Part shown: positions 19,090 through 27,531 of the stretch, in pieces | How positions within the stretch are numbered: the first letter of the stretch is position 1 | Layout: each line of letters begins with the position of its first letter | Source of the DNA: an uncultured Candidatus Saccharibacteria bacterium | Lineage (GTDB): Bacteria > Patescibacteriota > Minisyncoccia > Phycocordibacterales > UBA9973 | DNA: 64,000 bases | Direction: 5' to 3' | Assembly (NCBI GenBank): GCA_964473175.1 | Contig: CAYYNN010000001.1 | Location: 100,603 to 164,602, forward strand | Notes under the pieces: generated by a model | What the model was told of the DNA's origin: nothing | Databases searched by the model: none | Seen by the model: only the letters and a program-made list of their open reading frames with translations | Translations under genes and position numbers: made by a program

Positions 19090-20103
19090 TTATTTTTTTA
19101 CTAAAATCGAACGTTTGTATTCATCCATATGCTCTAAAAGAATTCCTGTGCCGTTTACAACTGCATGGAGCACATCATCGGCAAGTCTCACTTTTATACC
19201 TGTTTGTTGTTCGATAAGTGTCGGTAGGTGCGCCAATGCAGCGGTCCCTCCTGTCATAACGATACCGTTATCAATAATATCACTCGCGAGTTCTGGGGGT
19301 GTTTGCTCCAACACACTCTTAATAGCTTTGATGATAAGTTTAAGTTCATAATCAATTGCCTTAACCAACTCATTGGTTGTGATATCAAGTGTTACCGGAA
19401 GTCCCGATACACTATCACGTCCTTTTACACTACCGTGAACATCTGGAGTAACGGTTAACGCAGAAGCTAATGTTTTCTTTACTTCTTCTGCTGTTTGATC
19501 CCCAATATACACATTATAGGTACGTTTGATGTAATCGATAATTGCTTGATCAAGTTTATTACCGCCGCATTTCACTGACGTTGATGCCACAATGCCGCCC
19601 AGAGAGATAACGGCGATATCAGTTGTCCCGCCACCTGAGTCGATAATCATACAGCCTTTTGCATCATTAATAGACACACCTGCACCGAGTGCAGCAAGTA
19701 CTGCTTCTTTTACTATTATCGCGCTTTTTGCTCCTGCTTTCATCGTCGCTTCAATCACTGCGCGTCGTTCGGTTGAAGTAATACCTGCGGGCACTGATAC
19801 GAGAACATCTGGTTTAAATAAAGAACTGCGACCAAGTGATTTGGTTAAAAAGTATCGCAACATCGCATATGTTATGTTGTAGTCAGCAATAGCACCGTCC
19901 TGCATGGGTCGATACACAGATATCGTATCAGGAGTTTTCCCAATCATGTCTTTCGCTTCAAGTCCGATTGCAACAATCGTTTTGGTCGTTCGATCTACGG
20001 CAACAACGGTGGGCTCATTGAGTACGATACCTTTCCCCGAAACATACACCAACGTATTGGTTGTACCGAGGTCTATGCCGATTTTTTTATTAGCTTTCCA
20101 CAT
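19090..20103 (-). CDS. mreB: Rod shape-determining protein MreB
   Basis: IGIDLGTTNT, EPTVVA, DSGGGTTD, TPPELASDI, MTGG. Confidence 0.96.
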   Translation of the reverse strand: MWKANKKIGIDLGTTNTLVYVSGKGIVLNEPTVVAVDRTTKTIVAIGLEAKDMIGKTPDTISVYRPMQDGAIADYNITYAMLRYFLTKSLGRSSLFKPDVLVSVPAGITSTERRAVIEATMKAGAKSAIIVKEAVLAALGAGVSINDAKGCMIIDSGGGTTDIAVISLGGIVASTSVKCGGNKLDQAIIDYIKRTYNVYIGDQTAEEVKKTLASALTVTPDVHGSVKGRDSVSGLPVTLDITTNELVKAIDYELKLIIKAIKSVLEQTPPELASDIIDNGIVMTGGTAALAHLPTLIEQQTGIKVRLADDVLHAVVNGTGILLEHMDEYKRSILVKK

Positions 20104-20130
20104 ATACCTTACAGATAGTATAGTGCATTG

Positions 20131-22002
20131 ATGTATGTAGCAACCATTATTCCTATTGCGCGAGGTATTCCATTTGATATGTTGACGTATTTTAGCCCAG
20201 AAATACTTGCTACAGGAACACTCGTTTCTGTGCCTTTTGGTAGACAGGTAATCATTGGGATTATTATAGAAAGTACGCCTCTTGCGGAAGCAAAGTCAAT
20301 GATCAAGCAGGCAGCATTTTCTTTAAAGAAAATTAAACAGGTTCTCGGTCATCTCCCTTATTTTGAAAAAATGATTGTTGCTCTTCAAGCAACCGCCACA
20401 CAAACACTTGCACCTGTTGGCGCCATTGCAGGTGCAGTCATGCCGCATTTTTTATTTGAATATATGCAAGGAGAAAAACTTTCTGACGTATTAGGCGACC
20501 AGATACTGCCAGAAAGTGCTCCCCAAGAACATGTCTATGCAGCAACACTTACCGATAGAGCTGATCAATATAAACGACTGATACGTTCTGCATTTGCTGA
20601 GAAGAAAAGTGTATTCTTTGTCGCACCAACAATCAAAGCACTCGAGCAGTGGAAAACACGTCTTGAGAAAGGAATCCAAAAACACGTGGTGATTCTCCAT
20701 AGTAAAACAACGAAAAAAAACTTGCGTGTATATTTTTCATTAATTAAAAGCAGTGATCGACCACTACTCGTGTTCGTCACACCAGGATTTTTCGTTATCC
20801 CGCGCTCAGATCTCGGATACGTTATCGCAGAGAACGAGAGCTCCAACCTTTACAAAACATCCGATAGATTTGCTATTGATGTCCGGATCTTTATTAAAGC
20901 ATTTTGTGAACATGCCCATATTGATCTTACATGGGGCGACGCAATACCTCGTCTTGAAACACTTGCGCGACTCGAATCTGATCATCTACCTCGTATATAT
21001 GTGCCTGACAAACTCCATATTGTAGCAGTAGAGCATTATCGTACCGTACTACCTAGTGAGGTAATGGATCTCATACGACATGCGGAGAAGAAAAAATATC
21101 GACTTTTTATTTATACAAACCGCAAAGGTATTGCTCCGCTTTCACGATGTGTTGATTGTGGCACTATTGTGACCTGTCCGACATGTACATTACCCGTCGT
21201 CCTGCGTAACCGAATACTCGTTGATGGTACACGCGAGCGATACTTTGTTTGTACGCATTGCGGTGACGGACTACCCACAACTCATTTGTGTACCTTCTGC
21301 AGCAGTTGGAACATTTCACCATTAGCAATAGGAACCGAAAGTCTACACGAAGAAATAGCATCACTGATTGGCCCAGAAAATGTATTTACGGTAGACGATG
21401 ATGCTACACCAGACAGCGTTGCTGTTGAGAAATTGATTACTGAAATTCAAACAAAAAAGTTTGCAGTCGTTGTTGGTACAGTCAAAATACTGCCGTACAT
21501 GAAAGGCATTCATTACACTATTTTTCCTTTCTTTGACCGACTGTTATCAACACCCGCATTGTCGACTACTGAGAACTTGTTACGACTCGTTATGGAATGT
21601 AACGAACTTTCAACCGAAGGAGTCATCGTGTGCACGCGTACACCAGACTTCCCGCTTATTAAACAACTCGAAACACAGAAAATAAATGCGATCATCTCTG
21701 ATGAGCTCGCCACCCGTCGCGAACTTGGCTATCCACCATACGGACTCTTGATCAAAATTTCTCTTACCGTCCCAGAAGGGTACCGACAAAAGATCAAAGA
21801 AGCGGTTGATTTCTATTTCACTGATACTGAAAGTTCGGCTCTCCCCGCTCGTCGGATTTCTCCTGGATCAATGAAGGTGCTCCTTGTATGGATTATTAAA
21901 GCCGCTACTACGTATATAGAAGACGAAGGGAGTAGTATTACCAGGTTTCTCGACAGCCTACGCTTTCCATACAAAATAGAGCAAAATCCGGACAGGTTTT
22001 AA
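20131..22002 (+). CDS. priA: Primosomal protein N' (PriA) with degenerate helicase motifs
   Basis: N-terminal 3'-binding domain (LTY, VSVPFG), NRKG plus four CxxC pairs, GTE, LGYPPY. Confidence 0.88.
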   Translation: MYVATIIPIARGIPFDMLTYFSPEILATGTLVSVPFGRQVIIGIIIESTPLAEAKSMIKQAAFSLKKIKQVLGHLPYFEKMIVALQATATQTLAPVGAIAGAVMPHFLFEYMQGEKLSDVLGDQILPESAPQEHVYAATLTDRADQYKRLIRSAFAEKKSVFFVAPTIKALEQWKTRLEKGIQKHVVILHSKTTKKNLRVYFSLIKSSDRPLLVFVTPGFFVIPRSDLGYVIAENESSNLYKTSDRFAIDVRIFIKAFCEHAHIDLTWGDAIPRLETLARLESDHLPRIYVPDKLHIVAVEHYRTVLPSEVMDLIRHAEKKKYRLFIYTNRKGIAPLSRCVDCGTIVTCPTCTLPVVLRNRILVDGTRERYFVCTHCGDGLPTTHLCTFCSSWNISPLAIGTESLHEEIASLIGPENVFTVDDDATPDSVAVEKLITEIQTKKFAVVVGTVKILPYMKGIHYTIFPFFDRLLSTPALSTTENLLRLVMECNELSTEGVIVCTRTPDFPLIKQLETQKINAIISDELATRRELGYPPYGLLIKISLTVPEGYRQKIKEAVDFYFTDTESSALPARRISPGSMKVLLVWIIKAATTYIEDEGSSITRFLDSLRFPYKIEQNPDRF

Positions 22003-22050
22003 TCATAGCTAACCTTGCGTGGACATTGCTCATATGGTACGATATCGCCC

Positions 22051-22275
22051 ATGCCGACAATTAATATTGATCTCAAAAGAAATGCGAACGAAAACGGAAT
22101 CAGCCTCGTGCGCCGTTTCTCACGCAAGATGCAGGAAGCTGGCATCATTCCACAGGTAAAGAACAACCGCTATGCAACTCGCGCAACATCAAAACTTGCT
22201 CAAAAGAACATGCGTCTCAGGTCTCTTGCCCGACGTGTAGAAGTAGAACGCCTCAAAAAATTGGGCAAAATGTAA
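22051..22275 (+). CDS. rpsU: 30S ribosomal protein S21-like protein
   Basis: NENGISLVRRFSRKMQEAGI; small basic protein; TTGCGT-17-TACGAT promoter 7 nt upstream of ATG. Confidence 0.75.
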   Translation: MPTINIDLKRNANENGISLVRRFSRKMQEAGIIPQVKNNRYATRATSKLAQKNMRLRSLARRVEVERLKKLGKM

Positions 22276-22341
22276 GGGAGCGCAGCGAACACTTACGTCG
22301 AGCTTGCGAGACGCAAGGTAAGCGAGCGAAGCGAACACTTA
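22272..22341. repeat. REP-like triple mini-hairpin element
   Basis: 24-nt direct repeat gtaag(g/c)gagcg(c/a)agcgaacactta at 22272-22295 and 22318-22341, flanking gtc-GAGCTTGCGA-gac. Confidence 0.8.
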
Positions 22342-22769
22342 TGCAGAACCTCGAACACCACAATATATCAATTACATCCAATGGCACTTTACCCAAAGTG
22401 CCATTTTTGGCTATAAAAGAGAAAGTCCTAGGGAAAAGATACGAAATCTCAATCGCATTTGTATCCCCTGCAAAAGCACACGCACTTAACATTGAGCACC
22501 GCAACAAAGACTACGTGCCAAATACCCTTTCATTTTCATTAACCAAAACAAGTGGTGAAATAATCATGTGCATCAGTGCAATCAAAAAACAATACAAGGA
22601 TTTTAATATGAATCTCGAAACATATATCATATTTTTACTCATCCACAGCATGCTGCATTTGAAAGGAATGGAACATGGGAGTACAATGGAACACAAGGAA
22701 AAACAATTGCTAACGTTTTTTACTTCTCCTATTATTCAAAATGAAACAATCCATCGCAGTCGGCATTGA
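22341..22769 (+). CDS. ybeY: rRNA maturation RNase YbeY
   Basis: LNIEHRNKD..NTLSF and HSMLHLKGMEH. Confidence 0.93.
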   Translation: MQNLEHHNISITSNGTLPKVPFLAIKEKVLGKRYEISIAFVSPAKAHALNIEHRNKDYVPNTLSFSLTKTSGEIIMCISAIKKQYKDFNMNLETYIIFLLIHSMLHLKGMEHGSTMEHKEKQLLTFFTSPIIQNETIHRSRH

Positions 22770-23925
22770 TATCGGAACATCCCTTACACGTGTTGTTGTG
22801 TGTGAGCACGAATCAACAGCTGCGAATATGCCAAGAGTTCTCGCTGCTGGTGTCCGCCCAAGCAAAGGCTTGCGTCACGGATATGTTGTCAACAGAGAAG
22901 AAGCAGTTATGAGCCTCAAGAGCGCCATCAGTGATGCAGAAAACGAATACGGTTCCCGTATTCGTTCAGCAAGTCTAGCGATTGGAGGTGTCGGTCTCGC
23001 TTCAGAGTACGCTTTGGGTACTGCAATGGTCACTCGCGCAGACTCTATTATCAGTAAACTCGATATCGAAAAAGCGATTGCAGATGCCGAAGCAAAAGTA
23101 GAACTCAAAAACAAAATTATTCTTCACGCATTCCCTATTGCATTTAAAGTTGATGGAGTGGAACTTCCAACGAGACCCGAAGGGATCACTGGATTTAAAC
23201 TTGAAGTGAAAGTTTTATTTATAACCTGTTTACAACAGCACCTCGATGATTTACTCGGTGTTGTTACGGATGCGGGAGTCAAGGTTACCAGCTTCACTGC
23301 TACTCCTATTGCAACCGAGCAAATATTACTCACCGACCTACAGCGTAATTTTGGTTGTGCACTTATTGATATTGGCGCAGAAACAGTATCAGTATCAGTG
23401 TTTGAAAATGGTTCTCTGGTCTCCCTGCACGTGTTTGGCATTGGTTCGCAAGACATCACCAAAGATATCGCGCTTGGACTACGTGTTACCCCTGATGAAG
23501 CAGAAAATATTAAACAAGGAGTGGTTGGATTTAATAGTATTTCTAAAAAGAAGTTGGATGAAATTGTCGAGGCGAGACTTTCGGATATTTTTGAACTCGT
23601 TGATAAATATTTCAAAAAAATAGGACGATCTGGATTACTTCCTGCTGGAGCTATTATTATTGGCGGTGGTTCACACACTGCGATGCTCGAAAGTGTCGCA
23701 CGTCACATGCTTCGCATTCCTATCAAAACAGGATTTCTGGAGTTCCCGGCTCAACCAACGCAGTCAGGCATCAAGACCTCAAAAGACCAGCGACTTCTTG
23801 TTGGATATGGAGTTGCGACAAGTATTATCGACAGAGCTTCGATTGGTGGCAAGTCTTCTCGTTCAGGAGAACATGATGGATTCTTGGCAACCATCAAAAA
23901 CTTTTTCAAACAGTTGATGCCTTAA
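22741..23925 (+). CDS. ftsA: Cell division protein FtsA
   Basis: GIDIGTS, IDIGAET, ITKDIA, AENIK; adjacent to ftsZ. Confidence 0.95.
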   Translation: MKQSIAVGIDIGTSLTRVVVCEHESTAANMPRVLAAGVRPSKGLRHGYVVNREEAVMSLKSAISDAENEYGSRIRSASLAIGGVGLASEYALGTAMVTRADSIISKLDIEKAIADAEAKVELKNKIILHAFPIAFKVDGVELPTRPEGITGFKLEVKVLFITCLQQHLDDLLGVVTDAGVKVTSFTATPIATEQILLTDLQRNFGCALIDIGAETVSVSVFENGSLVSLHVFGIGSQDITKDIALGLRVTPDEAENIKQGVVGFNSISKKKLDEIVEARLSDIFELVDKYFKKIGRSGLLPAGAIIIGGGSHTAMLESVARHMLRIPIKTGFLEFPAQPTQSGIKTSKDQRLLVGYGVATSIIDRASIGGKSSRSGEHDGFLATIKNFFKQLMP

Positions 23926-23943
23926 TCTGAAAAATCATACTCC

Positions 23944-23966
23944 ATGATAATGAAATGCATTATCAT
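23944..23966. promoter_or_regulatory. 9-5-9 inverted repeat, Fur-box-like
   Basis: atgataatg-aaatg-cattatcat; 16/19 match to GATAATGATAATCATTATC. Confidence 0.4.
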
Positions 23967-23981
23967 CTTGTCAATACATCA

Positions 23982-24009
23982 TTGCCCTTTTCTTCTATTC
24001 TGATACTAT
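23982..24009 (+). promoter_or_regulatory. Internal promoter for ftsZ
   Basis: TTGCCC-16 nt-TACTAT with extended TG. Confidence 0.5.
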
Positions 24010-24062
24010 ATCTGCTGTAGCAACACCTCCTCGGAAAGGGAGAAAAACGAGTAGAAAAATCT

Positions 24063-25253
24063 ATGGCAAAAATGACCCCCGAAATTGAAACAGCAGCACG
24101 TATTAAAGTCATCGGCATTGGTGGTTCTGGTAAAAATGCGCTCAACCACATGATGGAAAACAAGGTTCGCGCGGTGGAATTCGTGGCTATGAACACCGAT
24201 GTTCAAGATCTCCACAACTCTCTCGCAGAAAAGAAAATTCACCTTGGCAAAAACCTCACCAAAGGACTCGGTGCTGGTATGAACCCAGAAGTGGGTGCTC
24301 GTGCCGCAGAAGAAACAAAAGCTGAAATCCAAGATGCCGTCAAAGGTGCCGACATGGTATTTATTGCCTGTGGAATGGGCGGTGGAACTGGAACAGGTGC
24401 AGCAGCAGTCGTCGCTCGCGCTTCCAAAGAGCAAGGCATCCTCACCGTTGCCGTCGTTACCAAGCCATTCTTCTTTGAAGGCAACCAGCGTATGCGTATC
24501 GCGGAACAAGGTATCGCAGAGCTTGAACGCGAAGTAGATGCGATCATCGTCATCCCCAACGACCGACTCCTCGCTATCGCGGGCAAAGATACAACATTTA
24601 AAGATGCATTTGCAAAATGTGATGAAGTACTCCGACAAGCAGTTGAGGGTATTTCAGAGCTCATTGCCTCACCCGGTATCATCAACGTCGACTTTGCCGA
24701 TATGAAATCTGTACTCACTGACGCCGGAACTGCGCTCATGGGTGTTGGATTTGCTTCTGGTGATGGACGTGCAGAAAAAGCCGCTATCCAGGCTATCAAC
24801 TCCCCGCTCTTGGATATTTCTATCAATGGAGCAAAAGGCGTACTGTTTGCAATCTCTAGTAACGACGACCTGACTATGGCTGAATTCCAAGACGCAGCAA
24901 AAGTTATCACCGAAAGTATCGATAAAGATGCGCGAGTTATTATCGGTACTATTTTGGATGAACGAATAAAGAAGGGTGAGATTAAAATTACGGTTATCGC
25001 AACTGGTTTTCCAAGTGATTCTGGAAAGAAAGGAACCCTCTTTAGCCCAAGCGGTCGAGAACTGTTCAATAGACAAGATACTTCAACAGCTTCAACCGAT
25101 CGAAGTGCCGCGCACCAAGAAGAAGAGCGTCCAATGATCCAAAAAATAGATCTCAAACCTTCAGAATCTGAACTCGCAGATACAGATACTGTTGATGAGG
25201 ACCTTGATAACTTTGGTGCAATACCTGCATTTTTACGAAGAAATAAAAAATAA
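24063..25253 (+). CDS. ftsZ: Cell division protein FtsZ
   Basis: GGGTGTG tubulin motif, INVDFAD, C-terminal IPAFLR. Confidence 0.99.
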   Translation: MAKMTPEIETAARIKVIGIGGSGKNALNHMMENKVRAVEFVAMNTDVQDLHNSLAEKKIHLGKNLTKGLGAGMNPEVGARAAEETKAEIQDAVKGADMVFIACGMGGGTGTGAAAVVARASKEQGILTVAVVTKPFFFEGNQRMRIAEQGIAELEREVDAIIVIPNDRLLAIAGKDTTFKDAFAKCDEVLRQAVEGISELIASPGIINVDFADMKSVLTDAGTALMGVGFASGDGRAEKAAIQAINSPLLDISINGAKGVLFAISSNDDLTMAEFQDAAKVITESIDKDARVIIGTILDERIKKGEIKITVIATGFPSDSGKKGTLFSPSGRELFNRQDTSTASTDRSAAHQEEERPMIQKIDLKPSESELADTDTVDEDLDNFGAIPAFLRRNKK

Positions 25254-25256
25254 ATT

Positions 25257-25330
25257 AAATAAAAAATACACAAATTTTGAGTGTCTGGTGAACTAACCCG
25301 AGGACCGAAAAATTTGTGTATTTTTTATTT
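25257..25330. repeat. Perfect 22-bp inverted repeat with 30-nt spacer
   Basis: aaataaaaaatacacaaatttt (25257-25278) / aaaatttgtgtattttttattt (25309-25330). Confidence 0.85.
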
Positions 25331-25359
25331 TAATTACTCTCCTGTATACTTGACCTCGT

Positions 25360-26298
25360 ATGAACTACGAACTTATCATCATTGGTGGAGGTCCAGCGGC
25401 GTGTGCGGCAGCAGTATACGCGGCACGTAAGCGAATAGTGACACTACTCATTGCCGAAGAAGTCGGTGGGCAGTCTTCTGTATCAGATACTATCTTTAAC
25501 TGGATAGGTACACCCACCATCAGTGGAGGTGACCTGGCAAAAAGTTTCAAAACACATATCGAAGAGTACGCAAAACCTGAACATACACTCACGCTCAAGA
25601 TCGGCAGTAGAGTGAGCACTATCACTAAGTCTGGTGATATATTTGCAGTCACTATCGAAGGCGACACAGTCTCTATTGAGACCAAAAGCATACTAATCGC
25701 TACCGGTTCAAGTCACCGCAAACTCGAAGTCACTGGCGCCAAAGAGTTCGATCACAAAGGCATCATGTACTGTGCGACATGTGACGGCCCATTGTTCTCT
25801 GGTCAACCAGTCGCAGTCGCTGGTGGAGGTAACGCTGCACTCGAAGCAGTGCTCCAACTTGCCCAATATGCGTCCCACGTGACACTCTTGCACCGTTCTG
25901 ACAGCTATCGCGCAGATCAGATCACGGTCGACAATGTCGCAAAGCTCACTAACGTCACCTTGCTCAAAAATACTGACCTCCTAGAGATCAAAGGTGATAA
26001 GTTTGTATCAGAGGTCGTGTTCAAGCAAAAAGACGCGGTAGCGCCCACAGAGCTCGCTGTGAACGCTCTATTTGTGGAGATCGGACAGATCCCAAACACT
26101 ACATTTGCAAAGGATGTTGTCGCGCTCGACACTATGGGCAAAATCATTGTTGATCCTATGAACCAACGTACTGAGACCCTCGGTATATGGTCTGCTGGTG
26201 ACTGCACTACCGGCCTGTATCATCAGAACAATATCGCCGCAGGTGACGCTGTCAAAGCTATCGAGGACTTGTACGTCTGGCTCAAAACAGGGAAATAA
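25360..26298 (+). CDS. trxB: Thioredoxin reductase (TrxB/AhpF-like)
   Basis: GGGPA FAD motif, CATCDG, GGGNAA NAD(P)H motif, AGD. Confidence 0.9.
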   Translation: MNYELIIIGGGPAACAAAVYAARKRIVTLLIAEEVGGQSSVSDTIFNWIGTPTISGGDLAKSFKTHIEEYAKPEHTLTLKIGSRVSTITKSGDIFAVTIEGDTVSIETKSILIATGSSHRKLEVTGAKEFDHKGIMYCATCDGPLFSGQPVAVAGGGNAALEAVLQLAQYASHVTLLHRSDSYRADQITVDNVAKLTNVTLLKNTDLLEIKGDKFVSEVVFKQKDAVAPTELAVNALFVEIGQIPNTTFAKDVVALDTMGKIIVDPMNQRTETLGIWSAGDCTTGLYHQNNIAAGDAVKAIEDLYVWLKTGK

Positions 26299-26301
26299 TA
26301 G

Positions 26302-26330
26302 TTGACAGCTATATAAATAGGTGCTACTAT
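26302..26330 (+). promoter_or_regulatory. Near-consensus sigma70 promoter with no evident downstream gene
   Basis: TTGACA-17 nt-TACTAT with extended TG. Confidence 0.7.
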
Positions 26331-26336
26331 AGAAAC

Positions 26337-26519
26337 AGAATTTAATGGGTTAAGTAAAAAAAGGAGCTAGTAGTTGATTGATAGTACATATACGATTGAT
26401 ATTATTTTTTCAATTACTACCCCTTTTTCTTAAAAATGTTTTTTGTACCGATTTTCATATGGTTGATGTTGCAGGACAAGCTACAAACCACAAGACCTTC
26501 ATTTTTTGAAGGTTTTTTT
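26337..26519 (+). ncRNA. Candidate small RNA (~180 nt)
   Basis: Lies between a promoter and a terminator, has an imperfect long stem 26350-26433 and no convincing ORF. Confidence 0.3.
26492..26519 (+). terminator. Intrinsic terminator
   Basis: accttca-ttttt-tgaaggt followed by T tract. Confidence 0.7.
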
Positions 26520-26522
26520 ATT

Positions 26523-26646
26523 TGGTGCACGGTAGAGGGATCGCCTCTCCCTTCGGTCGAAATGCACTATTTTTATAGTCGCTCTCGCTCCTTAAAAATA
26601 GGCACCTACGGTTCTATCCCTGACCTGCCTTTTCACTTCGTTCAAA
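26523..26646 (-). mobile_element. Structured miniature insert with duplicated tRNA-Val 3' end
   Basis: 19-bp direct repeat gtgcacggtagagggatcg at 26525-26543 and 26647-26665, with three hairpins in between. Confidence 0.65.
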
Positions 26647-26647
26647 G

Positions 26648-26721
26648 TGCACGGTAGAGGGATCGAACCTCTCACCTCAGCAATGTCAATGCTGCGCTCT
26701 AACCATATGAGCTAACCGCGC
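26648..26721 (-). tRNA. tRNA-Val(GAC)
   Basis: Cloverleaf GCGCGGT...CAGCA-TTGACAT-TGCTG...GGTTCGATCC...ACCGTGC-A. Confidence 0.96.
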
Positions 26722-26834
26722 GGGTTGTGTTGCAAAATATAACATACTTGCCCTTCATTCGCGAGAATGTTTGCTTTTTAATATAAATGTGTTATTATAA
26801 TATAAACCTCATTTTAAAACTTAAAAAACAATCT

Positions 26835-27356
26835 ATGCGCAATCAATGCAGATCCTCTGCCCTAAGTCTTTGTTCTCACAAAGAAGCAGAGATGTCATTT
26901 TTTCCCATTATTCATTCCTCGGACAAGAGATATGTTATGCCGGAAACAGCGAGAAAAGAAACTTTTGTGGGAATAGCGATGCTATTGCCTATAGTTCCCC
27001 ATCGCATGATCTTAAATGCAGTAAACGGTAGGACAGAATTTACTGACAAAATCCCCCTTGGATTTACAACATTTTCACCTTGTGAAAACCGTTCAATGGA
27101 AAACATCGACATGTACTGGGAACAACTCCTGGATACTAAAAAGAAATTTGGTCACATAACTTTATGGAATATCGTTCCACCAGATGTGTACCGGATCATT
27201 TTTGATAGGCATATCAAAGGAAAAGGTCGTATCTATTACCATGATCCGGCAGTTCAAACTGAACAGCATTTGTTTGCGGTGACTGTAACTACTAGGATAA
27301 AAACCTACCGTGTTGAAGACCCCAAGACAATTGTTATATCAGGTAGAACGAATTAA
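26835..27356 (+). CDS. Hypothetical protein (ORFan) between tRNA-Val and tRNA-Glu
   Basis: 173-aa ORF (start uncertain, 26835 or 26892) with TTGCTT-16-TATTAT promoter and downstream terminator. Confidence 0.6.
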   Translation: MRNQCRSSALSLCSHKEAEMSFFPIIHSSDKRYVMPETARKETFVGIAMLLPIVPHRMILNAVNGRTEFTDKIPLGFTTFSPCENRSMENIDMYWEQLLDTKKKFGHITLWNIVPPDVYRIIFDRHIKGKGRIYYHDPAVQTEQHLFAVTVTTRIKTYRVEDPKTIVISGRTN

Positions 27357-27371
27357 TCCTACAGACAACAC

Positions 27372-27399
27372 TGAGCCAGCTTTATAAGCTGGCTCATTT
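27372..27399 (+). terminator. Intrinsic terminator
   Basis: tgagccagctt-tat-aagctggctca followed by ttt. Confidence 0.7.
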
Positions 27400-27456
27400 G
27401 ATTTTTTAGCAAAAATTTGTACAATAGTACGCACATGGCTATCCGCCACTGTAATT

Positions 27457-27531
27457 GGCCCCATCGTCTAACGGTTAGGACAGAAGCTTTTCAAGCTTTA
27501 AATCGGAGTTCGATTCTCCGTGGGGTCACCA
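27457..27531 (+). tRNA. tRNA-Glu(TTC)
   Basis: GGCCCCA...GAAGC-TTTTCAA-GCTTT...GTTCGATTC...TGGGGTC-ACCA; upstream TTGATT-16-TACAAT. Confidence 0.96.

Noticed and set aside
22272-22341. Possible mini-CRISPR (two 24-nt repeats)
   Set aside because: Only two imperfect copies, a 22-nt self-complementary spacer, no leader and no cas genes
24239-25273. 344-aa minus-strand ORF
   Set aside because: Antisense shadow of ftsZ caused by codon bias
26436-26657. 73-aa ORF after trxB
   Set aside because: Runs through a terminator and the tRNA-Val duplicate/insert; unlikely to be coding
26523-27531. Integrative element or prophage at the tRNAs
   Set aside because: No integrase or phage genes; the att-like duplication encloses only about 100 bp
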